The notes: generated by a model from the letters alone, not told the origin. Positions 13,972-27,855 are shown, numbered from the stretch's first letter. The stretch: 64,000 bases of DNA from Octopus vulgaris (GCA_951406725.2 OX597815.1:142786001-142850000); one strand, 5' to 3'. Translations and numbers: made by a program.

Positions 13972-15085
13972 TGATTTTTGATTTTGATTTTTGATTTTTC
14001 GAGTTTCAGCTAATGAGCTGTGGCCATGCTGGGGCACCGCCATTTGGTTTGCTACACGATTTTACCTCACGGATGCTTTTTAGCAAACGCCATCTGATGC
14101 ATGAGAGAGTTCGATGCAGCTGCCCTCATCTGCACCTCCTGCCGTGAAGTTGATTCATCCGGGACACCTGACAGGAAGAGATCCAGTCCTACTTTATAGA
14201 CATCCGCATCTACACCATGCAGGTCCCTCAGGTTCTTCGGGAGGACATTGAAGATCCGTGGGCCTCTGAAGCCCAGGCTATCACAATATCTTGGCCTACA
14301 TCTTGATGGCAAATTTGGAGTCCTTGGTACTACGCAGTGGCGTCCGGTTCTGGCATTTGTGTGACTCTCGATGCCAAAGTCTGGGACAAGACCTTCCAGG
14401 ATCTTCCAGATATATATTATGGCATATCTTTCTCGCCTACGCTCCAGGGAATAGAGCTTTAATCTCTTGAGTCTCTCCCAGTAGCTCGTATGCTGCACAG
14501 AGGCTATCTTCTTCGTGTAGCTTCGTTGGATCGCCTCATGTTCTGTGATCAACTTGACACTGGATGATGACCATAGCTGAGAGCAATAGTCAAAGTGGCT
14601 TAGGACAAGTGTCTTCCAGAGGACCATCATGGTTTCTTGTTCTCTTGTTCTAAAGGTTCTAAGAATCCATCCAGCCAGCCGTCTGCATTTCATTGTCAGT
14701 TTAGCAACATGTACATGAAAGGTCGCGTCATCACTCATGTGAATACCCAGGTCACGCACTGATTGTGCCTCTGGGATTGCAATCCCTCCTCCGGGTCCAG
14801 TGTATGCATGCTATTCTTTTCAGCCCACTTGTATATTTCGTCCAGCTCATTGAAACTTTTGTATTGCACTTGTGATCGTGGCTCTTTGCGTGGCTGAGGG
14901 CATGTCTGAGAGGGCCATTATGAACAGTAGTGGTCCCAAAACAGTGCCCTGCGGAACACTGCTCACTATTTGCGTGTTAATGGAAGTGGCCCCACTGGCT
15001 GCTACCACCTGACTTCTATTCTTCAGAAAGTCATGAAGCCATTCTCCCAATTATCCAACTATGCCAAGATCACGCAAGTTTGTGA
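13972..15085 (-). mobile_element. CR1-like LINE 3' fragment (RT C-terminus, internal deletion)
   Basis: Motifs SSVPQGTVLGPLLF, RDLGIHMS, HFDYCSQLWS and LYSLERRRERYAIIYIWKI. A short 3' UTR ends in an (aaaatc)n tail. Confidence 0.9.
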
Positions 15086-15088
15086 TAT

Positions 15089-15186
<98 letters not shown>

Positions 15187-15399
15187 CTTAGAATTACTAG
15201 ACGTATACTAAATTCTGCTGGAATTAATTCAGAGACAATAACCTTGTTGTTAATATTTCTAGGGGGATGGTTAGTATTAGCTAAATTAATGTTATTGTTT
15301 ACAGTAATTCTATTCTTATTTAACAGGCTAATATTATGTGAAGAGATAATTTATGAAAGATTTCCTGTGTTAGAAAATCTAATCCTAACCTTGTGCAAG

Positions 15400-16655
15400 T
15401 TGATAATCGAGTAATACTTAGAATTCTTTTGAAAATTCTTAATAACAGCTTCATGGAACTGGAAAGGAAGATTAGATTTAATTTGTTTCCCATAAGGAAT
15501 AATCAACCAAATAGTTTGGTAGTAGTTGCCTTATTTTTAGTGTAACTATCTTTAAAAGACATCGAATGAAAAAAGCATGTCTTAAATAACGGTTATCTCC
15601 CTTAGGCTGCAAAAAAACGTACTCTTTGTAGTGTTGCCGTCTAATTTAAAATTAAAAAAACTTTCATCTCGTTACAACTAGATTTCATGTCTCCATTACC
15701 AAAGGTAGATAAGATAACTTAGTCTGAATGAAATATTTTTAACTAAATTCTTAGTGATTGCCCTAGAATGATTACTGAATTGGATAATATACTTAAGATT
15801 GACTGATGGTTTGTGGTATGGAAGTACGAATAAGTTACCTAAAAAGTTGACTTACAACCTCATCAAAAACGATGCCTAAGCCCATTCTGTGGGAAAAACG
15901 TAACTAAACTATTCTTAACATTTTCTAATTTTTGGTTAGAAACATTTTGGAGGTAGAGTAAACAATCATCATGATATAGACCTCCATTGATGCTTGGGAA
16001 CTGGTCTGCCATTTCATAAAGTATATATGTATACCGACCAAATCAGCTATTTGTACTGAATCAGAACTTCCCATCGTGACATCAAAACCATCGGGTGTAT
16101 CTTTACGAACCCACAGCTTGTTATAAAATTTTATGATAGATTTTCTGGCGGCTAACACAACATTAATCTCTTCCCTGGTGAGACCAGCTTTGTTGTTAGC
16201 TAGCTAGAGTGCCTTATTAAGTACTATTGGGTTGATCGAGGAATAGAAACTAGAAATGTCAAACTGGATAAACTTAGTGCTCCTCCTATTAGTAATAGAA
16301 CTAAATCATTCAACAACTTGGAACGAAATGGACCATAAACTAAGCTATAATTTTTTATCTAAGGTAGTAATATATTTATCTGGAACATTTTTACTAAGTA
16401 CATCGATGTCAGAGCTAGAAGGACAGAGAAGTCGTAAGGATGGGTTATTTAAAAAAATTTGATCAAGTGATTCTGTCTTCATATATAAGTTATACTTCTC
16501 CATAATTTTCTTAGCCTCAACGTTGGCTTTTCCTGAGTGCACCTTTACCAGTAATCCTATAGTATTTTTTTTATTTTCTTTTTTAAGCAGTTCTAGGTAA
16601 TAGTCCTCGGTAAGTTTGTACATGTTTCCCGTTTTATCTGATTGAACCAGTATAC
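15400..16655 (-). mobile_element. decayed Penelope-like element RT, same clade as 8095-9611
   Basis: Motifs LVQSDKTGNMYKL, RLLCPSSSDIDVLSK and ARKSIIKFYNKLWVRKDTPDGFDVTMGSSDSVQIADLVG, with many stops and frameshifts. Confidence 0.8.
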
Positions 16656-17292
16656 TATCCATGCTACATAGTAACAGTAAGACGGTAAAGAGAATACAAT
16701 GAAACAGCAAGGAGAATTACAATGTATTAAGATAGGGAAGCGTCACTTTTAGAATGGTGGGGAACAATTGCATTTCTAGTGGTGAAGAACAACTTCTTCT
16801 TGGATATTATATAAGATGTTAGGACTGCTAGCGGCATGATCGTAAACATAGTATGATAGTTAACTTGTGGTTATGATAGTTAACTTATGGTATTGTGGTG
16901 AACCAATGCTTATAGTTACTATAATTGTGAAGCAGAGATTCTAATAATAACCTTTTGATTCTGACAAATCGTATTTGTGTAGTTGTGATGAACTCATTAC
17001 AAGTTATGTGAACACGATTAGAAGTGAAGAACTGAGTTTCACAATTAACATTATGTGACATATGTACATACATACATGTGTGCGTCTGTCGGGCTGTCTG
17101 TGTGTATGCGTGTGTGTGTGTACATACGTGTGTATGTGTATGCTTACGTTTATGTATATGGTCGCGAGAGAAGTGATTTCCAGAAATTATGAAATGAGAA
17201 TTTTTCTGTGGCTTCTTGGATTTAGGCTGGCATTCATACTCAAAAGAAACAGTGTGAAGATAGATTCTTTGATATACAGTAATTTTCTTATC

Positions 17293-17331
17293 ACCTCTGA
17301 AGAGACTATATCCTACGAAACCATCGAAGGT
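17293..17331 (+). ncRNA. degenerate hammerhead-like motif
   Basis: acct CTGAAGA g-actatatccta-c GAAA ccatcga aggt. The core and stem I are present, but the stem III/cleavage site is disrupted. Confidence 0.3.
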
Positions 17332-18521
17332 TATATAGACATATCTCTGCATAAAGAATGTGCATGTGCCGCTGTAAATAATCCAGTAATTTAGGTAGCA
17401 TGTTGAATATCTCTATATGTGTAAAGCAATTAAAATATAACGTGGCATTATCTGGATAGGAATGTGTTTATGATAAGGATCGCTTCAACGAACAAAATTG
17501 GTGGCCAATACTAAATATTAAATTGTAGACAAGTGTGGCAAGTGTAAGAACATTGTGGTTAAATAAATTGCTACATAAAAGCATTGGCTTTTATGTTTAC
17601 CGGTCATAGATGCATTGCACTAACTGTGCACTTAGTGGCCAGACTTCCGGAAGTATGAGTAGGAAGGAAGCAATAGAGATTATATAATAAACGGAAAGAC
17701 CCACAGTGAACGCAGAACATCAATGGTGGAAAACATAGCAGGAAATTCGATTGAACCCTGCATCCTTTGTTTCTCAGTCATTAAAGAACATGATAGGGTT
17801 AGCTACACCACTGCTAACGTTTTCATAATTGTAGGAACTCTACTATTTTGGCAAGACTTTGAACATTGAAACGCTAAGTGATAAATTAGATAATGTGTTA
17901 CATCACGTCGTTTACAGAATTAATGTTTTTTAAAGAACATTTCTAAATTTAGTTAAATTAATTATGTAATAGATTGGTTATCCTAGAAGGGTAAATTTCG
18001 AAACTGGTGCAAGTAGTGTGAAACTACTGATAAATGGAAAGTTAATTTAGATCTTATCAGAAGATATCCAAAATAGAACATTTACACTCGGTTTAACTCT
18101 CTTATAATTGTTTCCTTTCTATCTTACATTTCTCTCTCCTCTTACTCTGTTTACTTCCACATCTCTCCTTATTTCCTCCTTGCATTATCTTCGCGATATT
18201 TCTATATTTCCTTTACTTCCATGTTCTTTCTTCATTTTTCTCTCTCACTTTTCCCTTTCTCACATAATATTTTCTCTCCTTACTCTTGCATTAATATTTT
18301 ATTCCATAACTATCCATTCTTCTCCCTCTCCGGTCTCCTTTCACAACTTATCTTTTATCTTCACTAGTCACACTATGACCTTTATTTAGCCACCTAACTT
18401 TCTCACACCAACTTGAAACAAGATAAATGCGAGTGAGTGTTTGTACAGTCATGAAACCTACTAAAAATAACATTCACATCTACTACAAATCACATCTGTC
18501 TTCGATATACCAATTTACATA

Positions 18522-18737
18522 TTAGACGCATTCCTGGGGTTGGTATGTAAACATTAAAGATTTGCAAGAGTACTATAAGAGTACTGAGTAATGTAAGGGC
18601 ACTGCTGGCTCAATACAACGTGGTACTGACTTATGAAAACGTTTAGTATACATTATAGTATATTGTGTTTTCATAGCGTATTACCACATACCTACAAAGC
18701 TTTAATGTTTACACACCAGCCCCAGGAATGCGTCTAA
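18522..18737. mobile_element. MITE-like element with ~45 bp terminal inverted repeats
   Basis: ttagacgcattcctggggttggtatgtaaacattaaagatttg vs caaagctttaatgtttacacaccagccccaggaatgcgtctaa. There is also an internal hairpin, tatgaaaac/gttttcata. Confidence 0.7.
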
Positions 18738-20040
18738 GTTATATCCAATAACTTACCACCGCTGTATGTGGTGGCTATATAAACAATCTGTTCGGAGGCA
18801 ATAGTGAGTTAGATGAGAGTCGAAGACGGGTCAACAACACACGACATATGGCATATATTCTTATTATCCCCTATTTTTTATCACATTGTCCGTTTACAAC
18901 TGACGTCTCGATACGGAACGTTGTAGCAAAAATGAATGCTGCCTATAGAATATCTGGAGAAATAAACATAACAAAATAATAATTCAAGGGTACAGCTGAA
19001 ATATCTTTTATCAAATGGCTTCTCCTGTAGGAAGGACAATTTTTCTCAGTAAAAAATGAAAACAATACCAATATATCAAATCGCACATATTATTCTCCCC
19101 GGAGTCACAAATATCTCTTCATAACAGTTAATGGTCATTGACAAGAAGTCTTCATAATCCTTCCAAGTCAATAAGAAAAAGGGTTAGAAGTGAAAGTCAG
19201 ACATACTCATTGAAATATTTACAATTTTCTATAAATACGCAGTATAGTAATTGGGCAACTGAAATCTGGAATGTAGTTAGACACATAACCTCCTCCACCA
19301 GTCAGACAATGTGGTCGGCAGAAGTTTCACTTTTGTGGTGGACAAAAGCTACGCACCTATTTGCGCGGAAGTTCTGGGCGTCAACAAGAACTGTTCTGTT
19401 TATATATAGAGAGAGATTAGGAAGTTATGCAACAGACGCAAAAACAACTCGATAAATAAACAAGACATACTATGGTATTGTATACGTCTAGTAATATTGC
19501 TGTGAAGACATGACTTCCTCTTCAGTGACGCTATTACGGACTTATTTGAGATCCACTTCGAAAGGAAAGTGAAGGTCACGTGACAAGTGCTTTCTTCTGA
19601 AAATTTGTCAAAATATGTGTAAATGTAACAGAAATGTTTACAATATAAGCATGCGCCTGTAGATTAAAGAATAACAATTCGGGTGGCGGCTTGTTTGCTT
19701 GATGGACAATGTGATCCTGAATCCGTGGGTTCATTTATTGTTTCTAAATGACGTCGAGCCCCTGTAGGAGGAGACCTGAATTACCACATATTCACATACT
19801 TTATTATAATATGTAAATATTTTGCCTTCTGTTCTTCATCTTTTCCCTTTTCTCCACTTATCTTTTTTATGAAAATCCCCTCACAAATTATAAAATGTTC
19901 TTATATTGCTCTCCTCTTCAAAGAGTCTTGTTATTGTTGTTGTTATCCTTGTGTAATGATGCAAATTGTTGTATATTTTATTAATCTCAAAATTGTCATT
20001 TTCTTGTCCCAAATTCGTCTCCTGTAGGATAGTTCTACAG

Positions 20041-20136
20041 TTGATTGTATGGACCCTCGCGGCATATTTTATCGAACGAAAAATATTGAAAGACAAGCTT
20101 CATGTAAAGACAAGCTTCAACACAAAATGGGAATAA
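20041..20136 (+). CDS. possible short terminal exon (hydrophobic stretch + basic tail)
   Basis: A pyrimidine tract and ttctacag| precede LIVWTLAAYFIERKILKDKLHVKTSFNTKWE*. No family is recognised. Confidence 0.12.
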   Translation: MIVWTLAAYFIERKILKDKLHVKTSFNTKWE

Positions 20137-20713
20137 AAAAACAATACTGCAAATATTAATCGAATGATACAGTTTCAGTTGAATCGCTGCTCTATCACTT
20201 TAAACTAATCATAATGGAAAGAAATTAATAAATCTACTTCCACGTTTTTGCACATACATATATAAATACCTAAGTAGGTACACACATGCACACACACGTA
20301 CATACACACATAAATATGTATGTGTGTGTACATAATCATGCTTACAGAAACACATGCACACATGCACACACACACACATACATACTCTCGCACACAGAGC
20401 GACGGGAAAAAGACAGAGAAGCGGAGGTCGAAGGAGGTGAGTAGAAGCAAACAGTTTTGAAAGTTACAAACTGAATTAGTGTATGCAGTGTGCTACAGAT
20501 TCACTATTTTAGCATTCAAGTGAAACTGATTGATAATTTTCAACAAGCTGCAAGAATAAAAAAAAACGATTTTTAATAATTGAATCTGTCATTTTGGTAA
20601 CTCCAGAGAGCTATTTTCGATTTTCTTCCTATCTTATAAATCTTAAACACACTCACATACATTTGCTACCATTCACCCTCATCAGACATATAAATGCACA
20701 CACGCGCACTCAT

Positions 20714-20748
<35 letters not shown>

Positions 20749-20934
20749 CTCATATAGATGTACATATAGTATGTCAAAGACTTTATCGATGCCATACGTG
20801 CTTATCGAATATTTTACCTTTTCACAGAACTTTAAAAGTGCATTTAATACTCATAAATTACCAAAATATCGAAATGCTGTTAATATACATACTGACAAAT
20901 ATGAATACCTATAAAAGCATATATATGCATATGA

Positions 20935-21013
<79 letters not shown>

Positions 21014-21264
21014 AGTAGAATTATTTATAAATAAAATATAGGAATGGCATTATTAAAATACCATCACGAGTGGTAAACGAATTATCAGACGTACAGATAA
21101 GTTAATAAAATGAGTACATATATATACAAGGGTACTACATGAGTACATCTATCGCTAAAAAATAGAAGCCAAAAAGTACTTCACAAATCTATTACAGACA
21201 TGATAGGAAAAAATATCAGTGAACAATAATAATGTCTTACCTCTACTGGGTATGTATGTATGTA

Positions 21265-21331
<67 letters not shown>

Positions 21332-22278
21332 ATAATATTGAAATATCGATCTTATCAAGTGGCCAGCATGTGAATAAATACTATACAAATGTAATAATTA
21401 AACAATAAATTAGGGTATCTGAGACATACCAACATGCTGAAATAGCAGTCAAAACCCTGACTCTAAAACCACCTTAAATGTTCATATCGCGGCAGGAGAG
21501 AAGACAGAGAGACAAAATAAACTAGCGAAAAAGCAAATAAGGCAAGTCGATAAATATATTTAATACAAAAGATGTACATATGATAACATATGATAAAATG
21601 TCCGACTTACACAGAATAGTGATGATATCAAGAAAAGTGCATTGAACAGAATCTTGGCCTATACCATTGCTTTGTTGATTTAATCAAGGTATTCGATATT
21701 GTGAATCGAAATGCTTTGTGGCTAAATCTAAGGAAATTAGGTTGACCAGAAAATTTGTAAACATGATCAGGGATCTGCATCAAAATAAGAAGGCAATAAT
21801 TAATTTTGGTAGTACGCTCTCTGAATCCTTTGCCGTGGAAAATGGAGTAAAGCAAGGAGACCTGGATGCACCCACCCTCTTTGCAATATACTATGCTATT
21901 GTGCTGTCACACGCTTTTAAAAATTCCGAGGAAGGCATTTATATAAAATATCGTACAGTAGAGTATGTTTATAATCTGACCATACTGAAGTTCAAAATAA
22001 AAATTTTTATTTCATTCATCAGGAAACTTTTATACGTTGACCATTGACTTAAAAAATAAAAAACAGTTGTAACGTATCAACCTGCAAGCGGTGCTGTTTG
22101 CAACCCCACTAAAATTTTCGTTAAGGGTAAGTTACTTGAGGTTGTTTACTCTTTCATGTACTTTGGTAGCTCAGTACAAATAAATGGAAATCTGGACACA
22201 GAAATACATCCGCGAATTCAAAGGGCAGCATTAGCATTTGATGGTTTGGAGTCACGCGTTTGGCGTCAACGACATATA

Positions 22279-22843
22279 TTGGGTTGTCCGGAAAGTTCGT
22301 GGTGATTTTTAAAGGAAAGAAAAAGGTCAATAAATACTTGCCATTACATTTTTAATCAACCAAATATGAACCATTTTGTTGCACAATGTGTCTCCATCTT
22401 TCCCTTAACTTGAAAATACACACTTTCCAGAATTGAGGTGGTATCATGGCAAAGAATTCATCAAGGTATCTTTTTACGTCATCCAAGGAATTGAATTTTT
22501 CATCATTAAAACTATTCTGCAGAGACCTGAATAAGTGGAAATCCGAAGGAGCAATATGTGGTGAATATGGAGGGTGGTGTAACACATCCCAGCCGAGCTG
22601 CAGCAAATTTTGTCTGGTTCCCAAATCATCAAGTGCCGAAAATGAACTTTCTTAACTTCCATTTTAAAGAATTACAGAATTAACACAGGTTATAGGAACA
22701 TAAACCTTCTTCCAGGAAAAGATAGCTTAAACTCTGCTCTAAATGAGTTGTAGTCAAATCCTATTTTATGGACTGAACCATGTTCTAAAATACGTCGAAA
22801 TGTAAGCTACTATAAATCGGCTCGAAATTTCCAGACAACCCAA
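22279..22843 (-). mobile_element. internally deleted mariner transposon
   Basis: TIRs ttgggttgtccggaaagttcg / cgaaatttccagacaacccaa, each flanked by TA. N-terminal MEVKKVHFRHLMIW is joined to C-terminal WDVLHHPPYSPHIAPSDFHLFRSLQN. Confidence 0.92.
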
Positions 22844-23281
22844 TAGATAACAACTAAAAATTGGCTCTTTACTAAACGCTTGTCATTCCTTCCCTGTTGT
22901 ATTCTTCCGAAACATGGACATGTTACGAAAGACGTTTCAAAATTTTAGAACGCCTCCACCAAAAATGCCTTCATCGTATTTTAAACATTAAATGGACCTT
23001 TTTACTCCAGCAACAGATATCTTTGCGTCTGCAGACATCAATTAATTCAATGATTCTGAAAATCCAAATCAGTTAATCTGGCCATATCGTTCGAATGCCA
23101 GATGATTGCACGCCCAACAAGTTGTTTTATGGCGAGCTTCCGGAGGAGAAACACAATCGGTGTAAGCCTAAAATGAGATTTAAGGGCGGCTCAATGACTA
23201 CCATGAAGTCACTTACAATGGATCCAAAGTCCATAGAAACCCTTGCTTTGGATCAAGCTGGATGGCTAACAGAAGTGTGGA

Positions 23282-23689
23282 GTGAAAGCGTTTGAGGAGG
23301 TCAGGATAAAACATGCAAGATTCAAGAGAGATTTAAGCAAGAATGTTGCGATCGAGGAGGTGAATCTCAGTGACCTTTTTATGTGTACAGTTTGTGATGG
23401 ACTATGCCTTCCTTTTGCTAGGCTCGAATTTCATTTGCAGAACCATGAAAAGCGAACTCCCACTGACTATTCTGCCTTTATATCTGTGCACAACTTTCTA
23501 TGCCGTGTATGCCGTAAGGTCTACAAATCTAACGGGAACCTCAAAAGACATTTTAAGATTTACGAAGATCAGAACTTAACTGTAGCTCTTGGCAGTCCAA
23601 ATTGTATATGCAACTTATGTAGATGTCTTTTCGATACATTGTTTGGTTTAAAAAGCCACATTAGACACCATGATGGATCTAAGATGTAG
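23282..23689 (+). pseudogene. C-terminus of RTE ORF with three C2H2-type zinc-finger motifs
   Basis: CTVC-x12-HLQNH, CRVC-x12-HFKIY (last His lost) and CNLC-x12-HIRHH, co-linear with the upstream RTE RT through a frameshift. Confidence 0.7.
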
Positions 23690-23739
23690 GTAGAAGAGGT
23701 GGCCAGACTCTACATAAGGAGTAGATGACCACCATGTAT

Positions 23740-23862
23740 GTACGACAGGCTTCATTCAGTTTCCGTCTACCAAATACATTCATAAGGCTTTGATCTGCCA
23801 GGTTTATAATAGAAGACACAAGGCAAGTTGAGATACAGTGGGACTAAATCCTAAACTATGTC
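23740..23862 (-). mobile_element. partial CORE-type SINE
   Basis: cgacaggcttcattcagtttccgtctaccaaat...agaagacac...cagtgggactaaa matches the SINE consensus seen elsewhere in the window. Confidence 0.75.
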
Positions 23863-26387
23863 GTTATATCTACTTAGGCACATCAGAACCAATAACCGCC
23901 CATTAGAATTCCGACTTCTTATAGTGAATGGTATTTGTAAATTCTTGTGGCGAGATAATGTGAATTCACTGACGTCACCTCTGAGCTCTTACATAAACCA
24001 GAAGATAATTACTTAATCATTTTCATGGCTCGCAGCTGTTTCAGTTATAGGTGACAGTGCACCCAGAATTGAATGACAGTTTGACAACTTAGAGCTTGTT
24101 ATTCTACATTATTTCAGTATTGTTTTCTGGAATTCTTCAGTATTGGATATTTTTCGTTATTAATACTTCACTAAATATCCATTTTCTTCTTCGACTTGTA
24201 CAATCAGTAATGTGCTTTGAGCTTGTATTTATTATTTTTTTTTTTTGTCTTTGGCCGGGTGATTACCGTTAAATTGCTTCGTCTTTCTGCTAAATTTTAA
24301 CTATTTTGAACATGAAATGTTATGTATGTAAATATAACTTAAAAATCAATGAAACGAAAATCTTTCTGCAGTTTTCCTTAAGTATCAACCCCAAGCCTTC
24401 CTCAAGCAACTATATTTCTTTTCAATATGTGACCGCGTGTGTATCGTTGGTGATTTTCTTTCCCCGTCTTCTCTTCCTTGGACCTTTCCTTTTTCTATGT
24501 TTCTGACGAAGAGCTCCGCGTTAACTCCCCCTTCTTTCTTTCCTCTCCTGAGCATCCAATAACACTATACTTGTTCCAAGTCCTCGTGTTGTTGTGTTTT
24601 CTCTTTGTTCATGTTTGGATTAACTATATTGCTTTTTACATGTATTATAATAAAAGTTTCACTTGAGGACACTTGAGAATATTGCTTACCCGAGAAACGC
24701 AACGAGATCTAGTCTATTTGAAAATGTGAATCTTTTTTTATTGATACTGACAGGGATGGGCATAGATAGCAGTGTTGACTTAAGCTGTATTTAAACTCAA
24801 ATTTAAGAAGACCAGATCAAATACTTTGCGGTATTTTGGTCGATGGAGTACAGATCCTGCCAATCTACCACTTTTGAAATAGTAACATTAATACACATAC
24901 AATAAATTAGATACTTGTATATTTGATGTTTTATTATATGAATCATGTAACTGCAAAGAACTTTAAAGCAAATTCGTAGCAGGCATTATAATAAAGAAAA
25001 TAACTGATAAACGGACTCACTAAATGACATATCCACGTATGTATCGGTTGGCATGTGATAGATATTGATTAATGTATAATTAGATATATTTGTAATAAAA
25101 TTCACGTGTGATCTTGTACATACTCGCTAGTCGTATGTATCAATTAAAAGATGTTTTGTTTGAAATGCAGATGAAAGAAATAGCTTAAAACTGTCAACCT
25201 TTTTGAAATTCTTAAATACAGTTATAATGAATGCTAATTATAATACTAAGAAAGTGCTGGATGAACACGGCGTGAAACGGTAATTTACAAAGCTAGGTAT
25301 TTTCGATCTAAATTAAAATTGCAAACGAAAACTCATAAACGTGTTTGAGTTGATGAAATGACATGGGTGTTTGTCTGTCATTGGCATTAATGTATCAACG
25401 TTTTTTTATATTTTGGAGGATGGTTATGTTGTTACACATTGAATATATGGTAGTTTTCCTGCTGTCGATATATCTTAGATATCCATTGAGATCGAATATA
25501 AATTAGCAACATAGTGGTGATTATCATTCAGCATTATGTCTTCTCTTTTCTCTCCCAACTGAGTATGTATTCATTTATTAGAAAAATACTAACAAGTTTA
25601 ACACATAGACATAACTCGAAAAATAATTCTTACAGAGGGCTGAGACATCTATAAAACATAATTTAAACACCTATTATTTATACACCAACACACCAACATT
25701 ACTAGATGTATGCATGAAAGATAAAACCACTCCAGCTTCTTGATTGTGTTTTCTTTAATTTGATGTGATGTAAGAAGAACCCTGACATTAGCTAAGAGTA
25801 TTTGGAAATGTTAGTTATCACCTGACAAATGGTGTGGCAGAAGTGTATATACCAAATAAAGATAGAAACTGTAGAACGTGTATCTATACGTGTCTATGTG
25901 TAAGTATGTGTGTATGCATGTGCGTGTGTGTGTGTATGTGTGTGTATCAGTGTGTGTGCATGTATATGTGTACGTGTGCATGCGTAAGATTGAACGCAAT
26001 TGTAAATGATACGTACAGGAAAGTAATTGGAGAATATCCAAGTCAATGTTAATTTACCAGATGTATGTTCTGAGGGAAATTTGCGATGCTGTGCTTTTGA
26101 CTTGAAGCATAAAATCCTCTTACATCGAAACAATTAAAGGGAATCATGAAGTATAGTTATAAGAGAAAAAGAAGCAACGATGTTGAATAACAATGGCGTA
26201 GATACATTATGTGACTAAAGTGAATAGCACATTGGGCAGATGGCGAAGCGTGTAATTTGCGATGAATAACACACTATGGTATAAAAAGATTTAAATCCGG
26301 TGGTTCAAGTTACTGGTTAAAAACTACCCACATGAAACAAGGCATTCTTCATTTAAATAACATGCCAGTTATATATATATATATATA

Positions 26388-26740
26388 TCTTATTATAAAA
26401 GGCAGATTTTATCTGCCTCCCTTTGTAACTTATAGAAATCTACAATATAGGATTTCTTCAATTACAATTTTCCTAGCATTTTTAAGAGTAGAATGCATCG
26501 GGTCATGCCAGGTCCAGTTTTTAAAATTTAAACTCCAATTAAGCAAAATTTACAGAAAACTCACATTCTGGTGTGTATGTCAAATGTTTTTCTTAATGTG
26601 GTTTACACCACACGCAAACGCACACACACACAAAGGGAGCGAATTGTTTCACTGACGCTATCACCCTTCTCCTCCTTTGTCTTTGCAAGTTTGCAGCTAT
26701 TAAAGTGAAAACAGTGAATCAGACAGCGATAAAGAAAACG
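26388..26740 (+). mobile_element. Helitron-like 5' end
   Basis: Begins A|TCTTATTATAAAAG, similar to the Helitron-type start at 27474. Confidence 0.4.
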
Positions 26741-26742
26741 AA

Positions 26743-27366
26743 TTGGTACCTGAATGGAGTGAAAATTTAAAAACTGTTTCTTTCGGTGATTTTTCTGAAG
26801 AAACTGCACCAAGCCACAGACTTTCCCAGAAGAGTAAAGCCTTAGACTATTTCTATTTACTTTTTCGAATGAGCCCATTTGAAATCATTACGGCAGAAAC
26901 GAAACGTTACGCTAAACGTAAACAAAACGAAAGAAAGGATAGTTTGTTATTTCCCACAACCTTAAATGAAATTAAGGCCTATTTTGCCATAAATATTATT
27001 ATGGGTATCAGAAAGTTACCCAGAATAACAAATTCTATCGTAAAATTTTGTTGTATACCCAATTGAATATTAGCTAATAAACCCATTTTCTATAGCGATG
27101 TTTGAACAAAATTTTAATAATTTTATATATTGTTGAATTTACCTGTATCTACCTGCAATTAGAGTCACTTTGTGACAAAAATTATAGTATAGAATTGGTT
27201 GAGGACATTTCATTAAATTATCTTCCAAAATTCACGTTAATATATTGATAAATAAAAAAGTTATTGTTGTTTAATGAAACCAGACTAAATTTATGATTAC
27301 GTTAGAAATTAATTGAAACACATAAGGGGTGTAATTTGGTCAGAAATATAGTAACGAAAGGGTTAA
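26743..27366 (+). mobile_element. piggyBac (PGBD4-like) transposase N-terminal fragment plus one terminus
   Basis: Reads KALDYFYLLF..FEIITAETKRYA..PTTLNEIKAYFAINIIMGIRKLP. The right end is ...gtaacgaaaGGG|TTAA at 27360-27366. Confidence 0.75.
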
Positions 27367-27473
27367 GAAAACCAAAAAATATTTTATTCTTTATAAATGT
27401 TGTGTTCAAAATAACATTTTCTTTTAAGAATGTGTATATAACAAAGTATGTGTATATAACTACGTGACTTATA

Positions 27474-27855
27474 TCTTTATATATAAGAGTGAAGTTGTGT
27501 GTCTGTCTCATACGATTTAGATTCCTAACTACTCCCACATTTTGCGGTGCAGTGTAACCAAAACCGAGTACCTTATAGTCGTGAGTCATATCGAGCTCTT
27601 CTGGGTATTAGCGCGCGTCTACGATGAGTCTACGATTTAAAAAATTTACCATCATATTTTTCCATTTTAATGCATAAGGGAAGTAACTCTCTAAAAATAT
27701 CTACGATGTGTCAACGATTTAAAAAGAAATTTACCTTAATTTTTTTTCGATTTTTAATGCATTTTTTTCCTATTTTTTGGCTATAACTCTCTAAAAATGC
27801 TTATATAGTTATTTCCCCTTACAAACCCGAGCAACGCCGGGCGATACCGCTATTA

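Larger units (their letters stand above)
21570..23735 (+). mobile_element. RTE-clade LINE 3' fragment, decayed, interrupted by a mariner
   Basis: Motifs FVDLIKVFDIVNRNALW, SESFAVENGVKQGDLDAPTLF, FMYFGS, LLYSSETW, GHIVRMPD..PNKLFYGEL, then C-terminal C2H2 motifs and a 3' hairpin ggtggcca/tgaccacc. Confidence 0.85.

Noticed and set aside
23282-23689. Stand-alone host C2H2 zinc-finger gene
   Set aside because: It is contiguous with a decayed RTE ORF, has no TGEKP linkers, and one finger lacks its last His.
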